Shown: in pieces, positions 51,601 to 64,000 of the stretch
How the letters are laid out: every line of letters starts with the position of its first letter
How positions within the stretch are numbered: the first letter of the stretch is position 1
Assembly: GCA_002633005.1 (NCBI GenBank)
Contig: NMRA01000489.1
Span: forward strand, 178,801 to 242,800
DNA: 64,000 nucleotides
Reading direction: 5' to 3'
Origin: Phoronis australis
Taxonomy: Eukaryota > Animalia > Phoronida
Translations under genes and position numbers: made by a program
The notes under the pieces: model-generated
Databases searched by the model: none
Told to the model about the DNA's origin: nothing
What the model saw: only the letters and a program-made list of their open reading frames with translations

Positions 51601-54600
51601 TGGCATGCTTATTTTCCTTGAATTAATCTGAGCAACATTGCTATTACAAAGTGGTATTCAGGAGGTGGCGGATTTGAGAGTGGCAAGATTTTTAAGAAAT
51701 ATGGATCCCCTAGTGAAATCAATGGCAGGTGTGATGAATATCCTACAGCAGCTGGAAACAATTCCATGGCTACATCTCTTAATTCCATCACCAAAGCAAC
51801 AGACACAAAACCAATCATGCAAATTCCCAGACCTACACCACTAAACTCCACACACACACACACACACACACCCACCCACCCACCCACCCACCCACCACAC
51901 CACAACACAACACACCACACCCACCCACCACACCCNNNNCACCCACCCACCCACCACACCTAACTTCACTGACCATTGAGTGACCGGTACACGTCAGGAC
52001 AGTAACGCTTGGTGTAAGATTCTATCTGGTTCCACGCATGTTTTATCTTCTTGTAGCAGTGAATATATTTTCCAAAACTCTTGAACCAGTCAGTGAAGTG
52101 TTGTCTCCAGCTTCTACCTTCTGGACATCTGAAAACAATAATTTATATGTAAGCCATTGTTCATCTACAATTACAATAAGAGTTAAAAATTAAAATTCTT
52201 GTAAAGCCTCATGTCGAATAGCTAAAATATTTTGAAAACTACCATAAGCAGGATTAAGTCTCCACGGCTGCAAGCAAATCTCTCGTCTGGTAGCATAACG
52301 CAAGATCATCTGTTGTTCGCAAGGAAATCCAAGTTTTGATCCAGCAGGGCTCGACATAGCGAGCTGCAGGTCGCATTTGCGACCTGAAATTTGGAAATGC
52401 GAGCTGAGATTTTTGTCAGCTCGTATCAAGTCGCAAAATGCAACCTGGAATTTCCAACGAATGCGAGCTGAGTTTTTACACTTCTCAACAGATACAAGGC
52501 AAATACAAAGCAGCTTTTGTTAATCCGACCGTTATTTGGTTGTTGCCAAATCCAAGTTCAAAAGAACAATAACCGAGAACAGCCCTCCCGATGACTTGTA
52601 AGCAAGTCGCGTGAACATGGGGTATGCAGAATCGATCTTTGACGCGTTTCATTGGCTAACACTTTTGGCCACTTTTGTAAATTCCCGGATTCGCCGAAGA
52701 AAGTTTCGGGCCACTGCTTAACACGTGATAAAACTTCACAAAACAACAGTGTTTCTACTAATTCTTAAGCAACCAACTTACTAAACTTAGTGGTGGACAA
52801 AAATGTTTATTTTTCACGTAAGATGTCCTTATTACATGTACCAAATATCCACGACAATATCCCTGATATCGCACTGCGGCACCGTTAGCGCGCAAGCGGT
52901 CCCGGCAGACAATCGTGACTTAGACTGAAATGTGCTTCTTCTTTTTATCGTATTAAGACAGCCAAAGTGAAAATGACAACCTTATTAATCGGCAAACGAC
53001 GGTCACGTCTTTACTTTCAGTTGCCAAGAAATTCTCAAACCCTTTACTTGTTTCTGGGGCTGCGTGCGCGAACTATGATTTGTCTCTCACACGTTGTTGC
53101 CAACGTAAACTGTAGGCCTACTCCAGCGATTCAAGTGCGTGAACTCACGCGTGCGCACCACTTCAAAGAACAGCTACAGTCCTAAATAAAAGAGTATACC
53201 GGCTTGGCTCTGGTTTATTTGAAAATGAACTCAGATTCCCAGCGGTTATAAAAGACCCGATGTCCCGGGACCGATATAACCCAGAACTGACGTTTTCCTG
53301 TTCCGATGTTCCCCGAGGTCCATGTTCTGTAAACCCTGTATTCTATGCCCGTAGCCAGCTATTGCAACTAAACTGGCACTAGATGCGAAATTGTGGTTCA
53401 AATTTGCGAACTTTTCATTCTTCTTTTTATACACCCCCCCCCCACCCCGGCAACTTTTCGCTCCCCGAACCACCGTCGCCATAAAATGTTCAGACTCCTA
53501 TAGAAACATCCTTGTTCCGGCTGAAGCGGGCTAAAAAGGGTACAATGTACAGTAGGTGGTAACGATATCCAGAAAGTCACCCCTACTAGATGGAGTTTGC
53601 CTCGCAAAATCCTATTATTATAACGTTTCTTACCATTGCAGCGTTTTAATATCTTATTACCGCAAACACTGAGGTTAACGACTATGCTCACGCACAAGTC
53701 TACTTCCTACCTTTAAAGTGTTTCATTAAAAGTCCCCCCTTAAATTTTGAGAATTTCCAATTAAGCGCCCACAGTTCAAGCTAGCGCCCATCATAGCGCA
53801 CTACAAACGACCGCGTGTGGTTTAAAATTGACACGCAGCTTATATGACGTGTCACTTTCATTTTACACAACTTCAGTTTTCAAAAACGTCTTTTCACAAT
53901 ATGTAAAAACAAAATCCCGGCTTTGTTTTATACTTCAGAAAGAAAGTTAACACTAGTGACATGCGTGTCGTTTTATGACTGACTTTCCCGTACTTGGAAG
54001 GTATTGAGGAGCAAACTCGCCATTACCCGAGTTAATTTGAATCCTTAACGACTTTGATGACAGCCAGTAGCAGGCCAGATCTAACAAAATCCCGGATACT
54101 TTTTCAACGGGCATTTTCTCCCTTTTCACATCGCAAATTTAGCTACTCGAATGCACAAGTCAGTTAGAGAGCACTGATTCAACTTTCACGTCGGCAACTT
54201 GCCTTGCGCTCTAGAGTCTTTCAATGGCGGTCGTGAAGAACAGTAAAGGCCGTACCTGCATGAATGAAGTCAATTTTGAGATACGAAATTTGTGAGTATT
54301 TAACGCTGCAGGTAAGAGCATAATCTAAACATTTTCTCGATGATCTAAAAAATCCATTTTGGTGCGTAAAAATGGCAAGAAAATTTTGCGATCTGGCATT
54401 TACGAATGCGAGCTGGATTTTGAAAATGCGACCTGGGATTTTGGCTAGGTCGCAAAATGCGACCTGACGATTTTAATAGCGTCGAGCCCTGTCCAGCCTC
54501 ATTTCCAGAACGTCAGCAGATGAGTCCCCAGTTGAAGATGTTTATCATAGCAACCACTCTTGATAGTACTAAGTGACGTCCTTCAAAATCGAAAATTGAA

Positions 54601-54853
54601 CCTTGAATTGGTAAGGTTTTCTGATAATTGATTCTGAAAAAAATCTGGTTCCCACTACTAGACTAAGTTTAAATATGGCATAAACAACAACGTGAGTTGA
54701 TTTAGTGTTAAGTCATACCTACAGACTGGTAACTTTCTACTTGAACATAGCATTAACATATACCTATCTACCATCCAGCTGTCTAAACAGAGTCTCTTCC
54801 ACAGCAAATCTTCATTTGTCAGCTCCTGGAGTCTGTGACAGGTCTTGGCACAA
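45613..54853 (-). CDS. FBXO3: F-box only protein 3 (F-box, SMI1/KNR4 and ApaG domains); exons 2-10, exon 1 not found intact
   Basis: Exons 54853-54764, 52128-51974, 51299-51176, 50247-50154, 49424-49250, 48708-48624, 48230-48108, 47241-47126, 46740-46627 and 45719-45613, all GT-AG and phase-consistent. Motifs: EDLLWKRLC, LPLDMRCSYRIHNGQ, LPITFCP, REWVITDADGHEEKVEGPGVVGEYP, YTSCTTF. Confidence 0.92.
47696..47790. repeat. 19-bp minisatellite (tagcaagcacaacaattcg) x5
   Basis: Direct tandem copies in an FBXO3 intron. Confidence 0.9.
51849..51960. repeat. (CA)n/(CCCA)n compound microsatellite
   Basis: Directly visible, just inside the intron next to the FBXO3 donor at 51973. Confidence 0.9.
52345..54491. 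mobile_element. 2.15-kb non-autonomous CAGGG-ended hAT-like element with 5-bp TSD
   Basis: tccag-cagggctcgac ... gtcgagccctg-tccag, with multiple subterminal tgcgacctg/tgcgagctg repeats at both ends. No transposase ORF. Confidence 0.8.
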
Positions 54854-55574
54854 CTGGAATCGGATATTGAAAAATATTTAACCAAAATATAAGTGACTTA
54901 CTCCCCGCTGCTGTTGTTCTTTCACAAGGTTGCGTACACATCACAACAAATTATCAGAACTGGTTTCACTTCATTATAAGTTTTTAGAATTTTGACACCA
55001 GCAAACCAATTGTTTCAGAAAAAAATTTGCTGCAGTGAAGCTGTCATCAACTCCCAAGAGATATCGCAAAAAATTAGGAAATGGCACATATCATGAGTGT
55101 ACTGTTTTTAAAATCACAAAAACATTTTGCCTGCGGCAGATGGTATGACGTCACATAATGTGAAATGTTTGTGACAGAATCTCAGGGGTTACAGGGACTA
55201 TAAACTTGACACGCTTTTACTAGCGATTTCAAAAGTTTATTAGTTATTACCCATTCTGGCTGTTTGGGCAATAAACATGGTAATTACGCCTGGTCTGTCA
55301 ATGGAACTTAATGTCATCAGGTAATGTGTATAGGTGTGAAATCGCATGTTACCGGCCAAACAAAGGTTTGTGGTTTTCTGAGGACATTCCGACCCAAAAA
55401 TGAGGCGAGGTTTTTCGGTCGGTCTATCACGACCAAAACGCGTTATGGTATATCCCCTGGCATGTGCAGTGTATAAAAATGGAGAGTTACCAATTTTGGG
55501 AATTGAACGAGGGACTGCTCGAAGAAAAAGTTTCATGGGAGTATTTCGTTGAGTTCAACGCCAGAAATTTGTAA

Positions 55575-55600
55575 CATGCACTACTGCGCATGCGCTAAAT
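55575..55600. promoter_or_regulatory. NRF1/Ewg-like site in the probable FBXO3 (possibly shared FBXO3/POPDC) promoter
   Basis: tgcgcatgcgc at 55586-55596, between two divergently transcribed genes. Confidence 0.45.
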
Positions 55601-56690
55601 CTTGCCATCAGCCCTCCATAAGAAATACACAAGAACAGGCTATAATCAGCAATTTACAAGTGAGGGGAGATAACCACACAATTTGCCGATAGCCTGTGGC
55701 ATAGAGTGTATGTTAAGACTTGTTACTGCCAAATATCAGCGTCATTGGTGAAAATTTTTCCACATCTTTTGAAATTTTTGTTTGCCCTGTTGAGGCCTAT
55801 GCTAACGATCGTTCGGAAGCCAATATTTGAGCGCATAGCTCATTTTGAAGTCAAGTTTTTGGCTGAATTCATTTTGCCATCGGATTTGCCGATAGCCTAG
55901 GTGACTACCAGAGTACTCAGAGGTTGCTGATCCAAATTTCATGCTGTTTTTCGAAAAAATTTCCACGTCTCTTGTGTTCAGAAAATGGATCCACGTACAG
56001 TGCTGTGAGATGAAATATTGCTGATCGCCTGGTTGTCTTGCATTGAAACTTGATTTGCACTCTGTAGATGAAAGACTAGCTCAGAATTGGTAAGAAACTG
56101 TTATGTTCATTTTTTTCATCCGGTATGAGTTCAGAAATACATTCAAAGTTTGAAAAAAGTCGGATTTTATACAGTTTTATTCCGGATTTCGGGTCTGTGA
56201 TCAGTAGTTGATACTATAGTTATCTTCAAAATGTTGTTCCATTTTTTGTGATCCACAGCCACAGCACGTTGTCCTTCGTCTTAATTCAATACTGTTACTT
56301 AGGAGTGGATTCCGAACACAAATTCATATTTGCAAACATCTGAAGATTAATAAAAAGCACTTTGGCAGCCAGCTCAAGCCAATGCAAGCACAGGCGGCTG
56401 GCTGGCGTTCACTTCACTTTTGTTATGGTTATGTGTACAAGTTAACAGTGAGTTGTGACCCCCAATGACCCAGCTAGCACTGTCGTACTGTAAATTCCAA
56501 ATACTGTTATTGTAAACTTGACTTTGCTCTGCAGACTACTGACTTCATGCAGGCTCACGGTACTAGCGCCCAAGCTTCCTGACCTTTAACCTAACTATGT
56601 GTTGTTATGATTGGTTAGGGACATGGCGCTAAGCGTCACCTAGCGGATCAAGAATGTTACAAATTTCTGGCGTTGGGAAGGAATTAAATA

Positions 56691-58201
56691 CACTCCGAAA
56701 CCCTATAGTCGTCCGCCTAAGCATAAAACCGGCTTGTTGTCTTACTCACCCAATTATTCCACTTCAAAGTTATGATCTGAATAGGACTTGATTTAACTCT
56801 CACAAATATATAGTATTCGTTGATTCAAACGTTTTATTTTACTTAAGCCGAGTTGTTCAACTGTGCATTGCTTTTCGGCAGCCATTTTATAATGACACCT
56901 ATGGTCGTCATGTGCTGCCGTCTTTTGAAAGGACAGAAAACCACACAGAAAAAGGCCAAGAAAATAGTGGAAAGTGGTTTACAGCAACTCTACTTCAACC
57001 ACAAACTGTTTTACTGGTATGATATCGATTTTTAAATCGATTAAAATTGATTTAGAATTTCAGTTCTGGAAAATAAATCACAATTGTTTTATTCCAGTCA
57101 GACCTTACTTATTTTGTATTTGTGACCTCTTTATTTGACTTTTTGCTCTTGTTGTTCTTAACATCACTTATCTCTGCTGTCCTTCTTTTTCTTTTCAGTT
57201 TCTCTTCATTCTCTGTTAACACCTTGTCAGCCANNNNNNNNNNNNNNNNNNNNNNNNNNNNNNNNNNNNNNNNNNNNNNNNNNNNNNNNNNNNNNNNNNN
57301 NNNNNNNNNNNNNNNNNNNNNNNNNNNNNNNNNNNNNNNNNNNNNNNNNNNNNNNNNNNNNNNNNNNNNNNNNNNNNNNNNNNNNNNNNNNNNNNNNNNN
57401 NNNNNNNNNNNNNNNNNNNNNNNNNNNNNNNNNNNNNNNNNNNNNNNNNNNNNNNNNNNNNNNNNNNNNNNNNNNNNNNNNNNNNNNNNNNNNNNNNNNN
57501 NNNNNNNNNNNNNNNNNNNNNNNNNNNNNNNNNNNNNNNNNNNNNNNNNNNNNNNNNNNNNNNNNNNNNNNNNNNNNNNNNNNNNNNNNNNNNNNNNNNN
57601 NNNNNNNNNNNNNNNNNNNNNNNNNNNNNNNNNNNNNNNNNNNNNNNNNNNNNNNNNNNNNNNNNNNNNNNNNNNNNNNNNNNNNNNNNNNNNNNNNNNN
57701 NNNNNNNNNNNNNNNNNNNNNNNNNNNNNNNNNNNNNNNNNNNNNNNNNNNNNNNNNNNNNNNNNNNNNNNNNNNNNNNNNNNNNNNNNNNNNNNNNNNN
57801 NNNNNNNNNNNNNNNNNNNNNNNNNNNNNNNNNNNNNNNNNNNNNNNNNNNNNNNNNNNNNNNNNNNNNNNNNNNNNNNNNNNNNNNNNNNNNNNNNNNN
57901 NNNNTTGCTGTAAACCACTTTCCACTATTTTCTTGGCCTTTTTCTGTGTGGTTTTCTGTCCTTTCAAAAGGCGGCAGCACATGACGACCATAGGTGTCAT
58001 TATAAAATGGCTGCCGAAAACCAATGCACAGTTGAACAACTCGGCTTAAGTAAAAGAAAACGTTTGAATCAACGAATACTATATATTTGTGAGAGTTAAA
58101 TCAAGTCCTATTCAGATCATAACTTTGAAGTGGAATAATTGGGTGAGTAAGACAACAAGCCGGTTTTATGCTTAGGCGGACGACTATAGGGTTTCGGAGT
58201 G
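56691..58201. mobile_element. TIR DNA transposon with ~296-bp or longer TIRs and TA flanks, interior partly in a gap
   Basis: ta-cactccgaaaccctatag ... ctatagggtttcggagtg-ta; 56691-56986 is the reverse complement of 57905-58201 with about three substitutions. Confidence 0.75.
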
Positions 58202-59956
58202 TACTTCATCCCCGTCTTGAATGAACATGCCATTCACTGATTCAGTATTTCATGACACGTTTTTCATCTACCTGAATGTATTTGGCTACTGCATGTATTT
58301 ACTCTACATTAGTGGCAGGTCGAGCTGCTGATAAAGGGTGTCTGTGATTACATCATAAATGAGTTATCTCGTTGGGGGGAGGAGGGGGCAGAAAATCTGG
58401 GTAATAGCCTGACAGTGACACTGACAGATGGGTCCTGGATAAAAGTAATTTGAGAATCATACAGTTGTTAAGTGGAATAACTCTAAGCTTAGGCATACCT
58501 GCAACCCCAAAACCCCACCACCTCACCCTTTCCAGAATATGGACCTTCAAAAAATTAGGGGACAAAATGTAAAAAATTCTGCTTTTCTAGGCTGGTGTCG
58601 AACCTGGCTGCTGATGAGCGAGTCTAGCATCCCAACCAATCATCCAAATTCCAGTAGGCGAAATTGCTCATTGGCATTAGCAAATGATATATTCAACTGT
58701 CTTACACCGAAATCCAGAATTCACAAAAAAATCTGCATGCATGCCATTTTTGGTAAACACGTGAACACTTTACTTTGAAAATTGTGGTTGGGCAGTCCAT
58801 TGTGACACACTGGAAAACAAACGGAAATAATGGAATCTGAGTTTTTTCGCCTATGTTACTGATGGTTTTGCAGAAGATGTATTTAAGAAGTTATGACATT
58901 ACTTCTGAAGGTGGCTTTGTTATTTTTCGTTTTGTGAAAATTAGTTAGCTGGCATGCCGCCAGTTATCAGTAAATAGCTGTGGCAAAATTCAGCATATTT
59001 TGTTTATCACTGTCTTTGAAATAATATTAAGGAATTTTGGTAATTTAAAAATGTGATTTTATGTTTGCTAAACAGATTTCTGTATTTTGAAAACAGAATA
59101 GCAGGGTCTCTACAGTAACATCCCGTGGTTCACTACTATTTTGGTGAATTTTATGAATGCATATTGTCGGAAACAAACATTTTCCACCAGTCTAACAGTA
59201 TATTTAGTTTTGTCAAATACCAAAATACCAAAATAGTAATGTGCATTGACACTGAAAGTTTTGTTAGTGATCAGGAAGTGGCACCTCAACTGTTGTTTCA
59301 ATGGTCATATGCAGATCAATCAGCGACGAAACACATGAACTGTATAAGTAGCCCAGGTGCGTAATACTACACCTCAGCCCTAGGTGTGCATGGTGTGAAT
59401 CTTGATAAAGGTGAAGAGCAGGCAGATATTGTGCTATCTTGAGGTCATGATCCTTGGCCTCAATTTTGCTTTCAGAAATAGCTAGGCAACCTTAACTGAA
59501 GACTCCGAGATGATGTTCTGTCTATTCTCAGGTAGTGCAATTTCTCCTTGGTATTTCTTTGTATAAAATTCACAGCACGCTACAGTTACTAACCTCATGT
59601 CTATAAAATTTCCCCTCCCCCTTGTGATCAAAATCGAAAGTCATACCCCAAATGTGAAATGTGTGCATGTGCCGAAGTCTGAAAAGTGATTCCCCCTCCC
59701 AAGGGTACGTGGTCAGAAAGGATTCAATGATTTTACGCCAAGGCCATGTCCATACTGTATGAGATAGGCAACCATTCCTTGGCCAGAAATAAATGTTCAA
59801 TTGATTCATTATTGACGCCCTAAATGTTTCAGGTGCTGATGTTCAGAATGAACGGATGAACACGTTACTTCAAGAAACAAAGAAGAATAGACGACAAACA
59901 GAGTGACTGCGGCAATCCAAATCTTAGTCAAAACTGCTGTTCTGAGGTCTCCTGTT

Positions 59957-62900
59957 ATGGATGAGCTGAACATTAACACCACATTACATGACGATAATGA
60001 CACCACCCGCACCTTTGTATTTAGCCAAGTGGGCTGTTCTCAAGGTTGGCAGGAGCGTAACCATGCTGTCTTCCAAGTGGCCAATGCCTGCATTTTGTTG
60101 GGCTTTGCATCGCCAAATACAATGACAGGAAATATGGCGCTGCACGGACTTCTCATGTTTGGTAGTTATCACTCACTGCTTGTCTAAATGCGTAAAGCTT
60201 TCTTGGAGTTCATTTGAAAAGATTTACAATCATTTTGGACTGTCCTTTAAAATGAAGTTTTAAGAGCATGAATTTAATTTATAAACTGCAAGAACAATTT
60301 GCACTGTTATGTGCATGCAAAATGTTGTCTTCACCATGAATACACAAAAACATATCTGAATTTATCTTTTCTCTTATTGGTAGGTTTCTGTATGCGTCTC
60401 ATATTACAGGTATTGTTCCTGAAATACTTAATTTTCTCATACGTTTCTTACACTACCGTAACACTGATTAACTAATCTTCATAACGCAGCTTTGCTAGAG
60501 CTTCCTGTATAATTCTGGGCTTTCTACCTCAGATTACCTGTGCACCATCAAAGGATTTCTTGTATAATAAGTTGATTTTCACCTTCAATCTCCCTATTAT
60601 AGTAATTTCCTCACCTATTTATCGCACATTATGACGTACAAATGAAATTTCATTGTCAAATTTCTCAACTATTTAAACACAAATTAACAAAATTTTAGTC
60701 TGTTGTTAGCTTGGTCCCTGCAATGTAGGTGTCACCAGACAACCCTTGGCAAAATTTCTAATATGTGCAGCAAGGTAGAAGGTAATCAGCTCTTGAAGAG
60801 ATAAAAAGGACAATTTTGGCAATTATTTTTGTACAAAATGAGTGGAAAAGTACCATACCAGGGGTATGCTTCTCAAAAACTGCCTTTCACCTTTTGACTA
60901 AAAAGTGAACTAATGGATGGCTTAGCCTGTTTCAAGATATCAGGCTAAGGCTAAAATTCAGAAAATCTGAGTGTCTACATATTGAAGACAAAAGACAGAA
61001 ATCCGTAGTCTGCTCGGGAACACACTAAAACCCAAAGTCAAAAGACAAAACATCGACTTTTATCTAGCAACTCTTTGAGAAGCAAGCCCTTGTTCAACAT
61101 CAGATTCTGTTGTTTTCCTTTGTAATCCTGTTCCCTCTCTGCCTCAGGGTTCTTACTGGAGTCTGCTTGGGCCTGGGTTCTCCTCTGCGCCCCCGATATC
61201 TTCTCTTGGAACTTCTGTTTTATGGTCGTCAATCTGATTCAGATGCTTTACATTCTCTACCAACTAAAACCCGTCAAGTTTACACCAGAACTTGAAGAGG
61301 TCTATGCGAAGATGTTTGAACAATTGAGAGTTCCAAGGTATATTCTTAAAATTGGCTGAAATTGAAAATTTGTCTTAGCTAAGTCAGTTGTCTTGGAACA
61401 GGCCACTGGTTCTGAACATTGTTAAACAATAGCTTGCTGGCATTGTACCGAACACTGGTTTTGTCAGTGCATAGTGAATTAGGACCAAAGTAACAATAGT
61501 GGAGATATGGTAATTCTTCACACAATATGGCTCACTATTGAGATTCTAATTTTATTTTTCAAATTTTTCCTCAAAGAAAGAAAAATTAGTTCTTAACTAG
61601 TGTGTTTTGTACTGTGTAGATGTCATAAAAGAACATTTGGTAAAGTTTCTATCACTTGTAGCAAGGTAATCGGACTTGGAAAATTACAATTTTGGCGATT
61701 ATTTTAGTGCAAAATAGGATTACCGTACATCCAGGGTAAATGGCGTGCTTAGTAAAATGACACCAAAATGTTGGCTTCTACATGTCACTAAAATCTTAAT
61801 GCAGCAGCTGACTGGACAATTCTGTTTTAGACACACCTACATGTCACTAACATTTTAATGCAACAGCTTACTGGACAATTCTGTTTTAGACACACCTTCC
61901 TGTCAGCAGCTGATTGTACAATTCTGTTTTAGACACACCTTCAATAAGTTGACGAGCAGTGCTTATTCTTCAGTAAATTGCCTGCATGCAAGTGAAGCGT
62001 ACGCTGTGCAGAATGTGACCAGAACAGATAAACTTGCTCTTCTCATTAGTGGAAGGTAAGTGGGCTTTGTTTGTCACTTGTGTGTCATGTAGTTGTGGAG
62101 TGTTCTCAACCTACGGTAAATCTCCACTAACTTAATCCTATCACAATAAAAAATAAATCATGAGACCAATTTTTTGTGAGTAAAAGGGTTTACTTAATTA
62201 TAGTAATTCGATTTTCGTTTTTTAGCCAGCTAAACAGGACAAAATGCAGTTTTAAAGTTCTTAAAATCACCAATTTTATATCAAAAACGCCAAAAAAACA
62301 AGCCTACCAGTCGATCAACTGTCAATTAGAACACCCACAAACACTGTCTGACTGCGTTAATTAGATGATCTCGAGTTACGAGAATTTATAGGTCGAGACA
62401 TACTGCCTAAAAATAGGGAAAACCAATCACAACACAACTCATCCAACATGGCGTTTAGTATGAAAGGTTGTAAGGTATTCCGTCTCGTTTTCCCGTGGTT
62501 TGTGCCATAATAAGGAATGATGGTGGATTGCGTTTGTGGTGGTTGTGACAACTTAGTATTTGACCATGCTGTGGATCTTTTCACTTTCCAAGGGACATTG
62601 GAGAAGTGCAGATATACGTGTTGATTGCCGTGACACACTGGCGCTTGGTATGTTCAAACGTCTCACTCATGTCCGTCGAGATATGAAACTTACAATTTTA
62701 GTGGGTCTTTATCTTATTTTTTTGGTATTGAATTCACGATTGTGATATGCATTGCTATAAAGAAAGGTTTAATGATGCTGACAATGTTGTTACTTGTGAA
62801 AACAAGGTTAACTGTGGTTTTAAGCACTTTAAAGTATCTTGTGTGTTTCAGTGCGAGTGTGTACAACAAGCAGCAACTGCTTCATACCATAGGCCCCATG

Positions 62901-62957
62901 GAGTTCCTTGACTCGCCTGAGTTTGATGCCGTCACTACATGTGATGATAAGTATCAG
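59957..62957 (+). CDS. Popeye domain-containing protein (BVES/POPDC family), first four coding exons; continues beyond the window
   Basis: Exons 59957-60161, 61148-61337, 61933-62055 and 62852-62957, phase-consistent. Motifs: HAVFQVANACILLG, WAWVLLCAPDIFSWNF, YAVQNVTRTDKLALLISG and LLHTIGPMEFLDSPEF (DSPE cAMP-binding motif), ending KYQ. Confidence 0.92.
61782..61940. repeat. Short tandem duplication that triplicates the POPDC exon acceptor
   Basis: acaattctgttttagacacacct occurs at ~61816, ~61875 and ~61918. Confidence 0.8.
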
Positions 62958-64000
62958 GTAATATGTCTTGCCTGTCAATTAAGAAATGAAAAGTTGTTGT
63001 GTTGCTATCATCAACTGAATTTTTCAGGAATAACTGGACAGGTGTAATTGAAAAAATAGCCATGTGGAAGTGTTTTGATGCAAGATTTTGGACTTCATTC
63101 AAGTTTGTTTATTGCTCCATGGAATATCACTCTGTTGTTTTGACACCTATTGATATGAGTAGAATATGAAATGATTATTGCAACTAGTGATTGTTTTTGG
63201 TTATGTAAGGTCCACCTGACTTATGGACATCAACTTGACTACGGCAAAATCTCACCAATTTCGGACAAAAATGATAGGCTTCAACATTGTTTTAATTTTC
63301 AGCGTTTTGTCCATTCTCTGGTAGCTATGATACAGAGTTTGAATTTAGAAAAATATTGATTTGGTGCTACCTTAGTAATTATTTTTTTGAAAATATGAGA
63401 AAAAAGATTTCCTTTGTCTACCATACTGTGTCATAAATTAGTGAGATTCTACTGAGTATGTAAATTGTCTCCAATGGGCTCCTCAAGTTGGTTGAATCCT
63501 TGCGTATACCTCAACTGAGTGACGGAATACGGTAAAGTCGCGTGATTTTCGGACGGCCCGCCATTTTCGACCAAGATTAAATATTTCCGAAATGAGTTTT
63601 TCATAGTCCACGAAATTCGTACAAGGTCCAAAAACTGTTTTTTAATGATCTTCAAACTTCGGACAATGTCATAAACGTCGGATTTTTGCCCCGCGACTTT
63701 CGGACAAGGAAAATTTTAGAAACGCTAATTTGGGATCGACGCAACTCCCGTGTCACTAAAGCGTTCAACGGATGATTACTACTCTATAAGGCTTGAATCT
63801 GAGAATTGGTGTAACGGGCTTTGTAATTTTTACCTTGTCTTGACGATGTCATGACCGTTACTCGATTGTCTTGCGTTTAGCTTGTGTTTGGCGCTTTAGC
63901 TATGGAAAGAGTCACCGAGTCCCGCACGACGAAAATTTCTGATGAAAATACAAAAGGGAAATACACCGAAGGCTGCAGTTTTTCGTTGTAGCGTAACATG

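Noticed and set aside
56735-56760. Donor-like gtgagtaag on the minus strand as FBXO3 exon 1
   Set aside because: It lies within the transposon TIR and has an in-frame stop in the required phase.
57109-58039. Long ORFs of 254-270 aa (and the one at 14172-14573)
   Set aside because: They consist almost entirely of assembly-gap Ns.
62560-62647. Possible extra POPDC exon ending in G|gtatgt
   Set aside because: No Popeye similarity, and the flanking exons already join in phase (62055 to 62852).

Overview
This is intron-rich, repeat-rich animal genomic DNA (probably a marine invertebrate) from a draft assembly with N-gaps at 14251-14561 and 57234-57904. Most ORFs in the supplied track are noise. 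Spliced genes reconstructed by eye: the last three exons of GSTK1 (+, C-terminal SKI), an intronless class A GPCR with many altered microswitch residues (+), a complete five-exon RPL36A/eL42 (+), FBXO3 (-, nine phase-consistent exons but no intact exon 1) and the first four coding exons of a Popeye-domain gene (+, runs off the window). Two orphan ORFs joined by an ATGA stop/start overlap lie head-to-head with RPL36A. The rest is decayed LINEs, a tRNA-derived SINE family, several TIR elements (some with 5- or 6-bp target duplications), minisatellites and a ~146-bp satellite with a CTCF-like motif in every monomer. I did not find a demonstrably new biological system. The best leads are the CTCF-like array, the ATGA-coupled ORF pair, the His-substituted GPCR, structured RNAs in RPL36A introns and the apparently broken FBXO3 exon 1. 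All calls come from manual reading; no searches were run.
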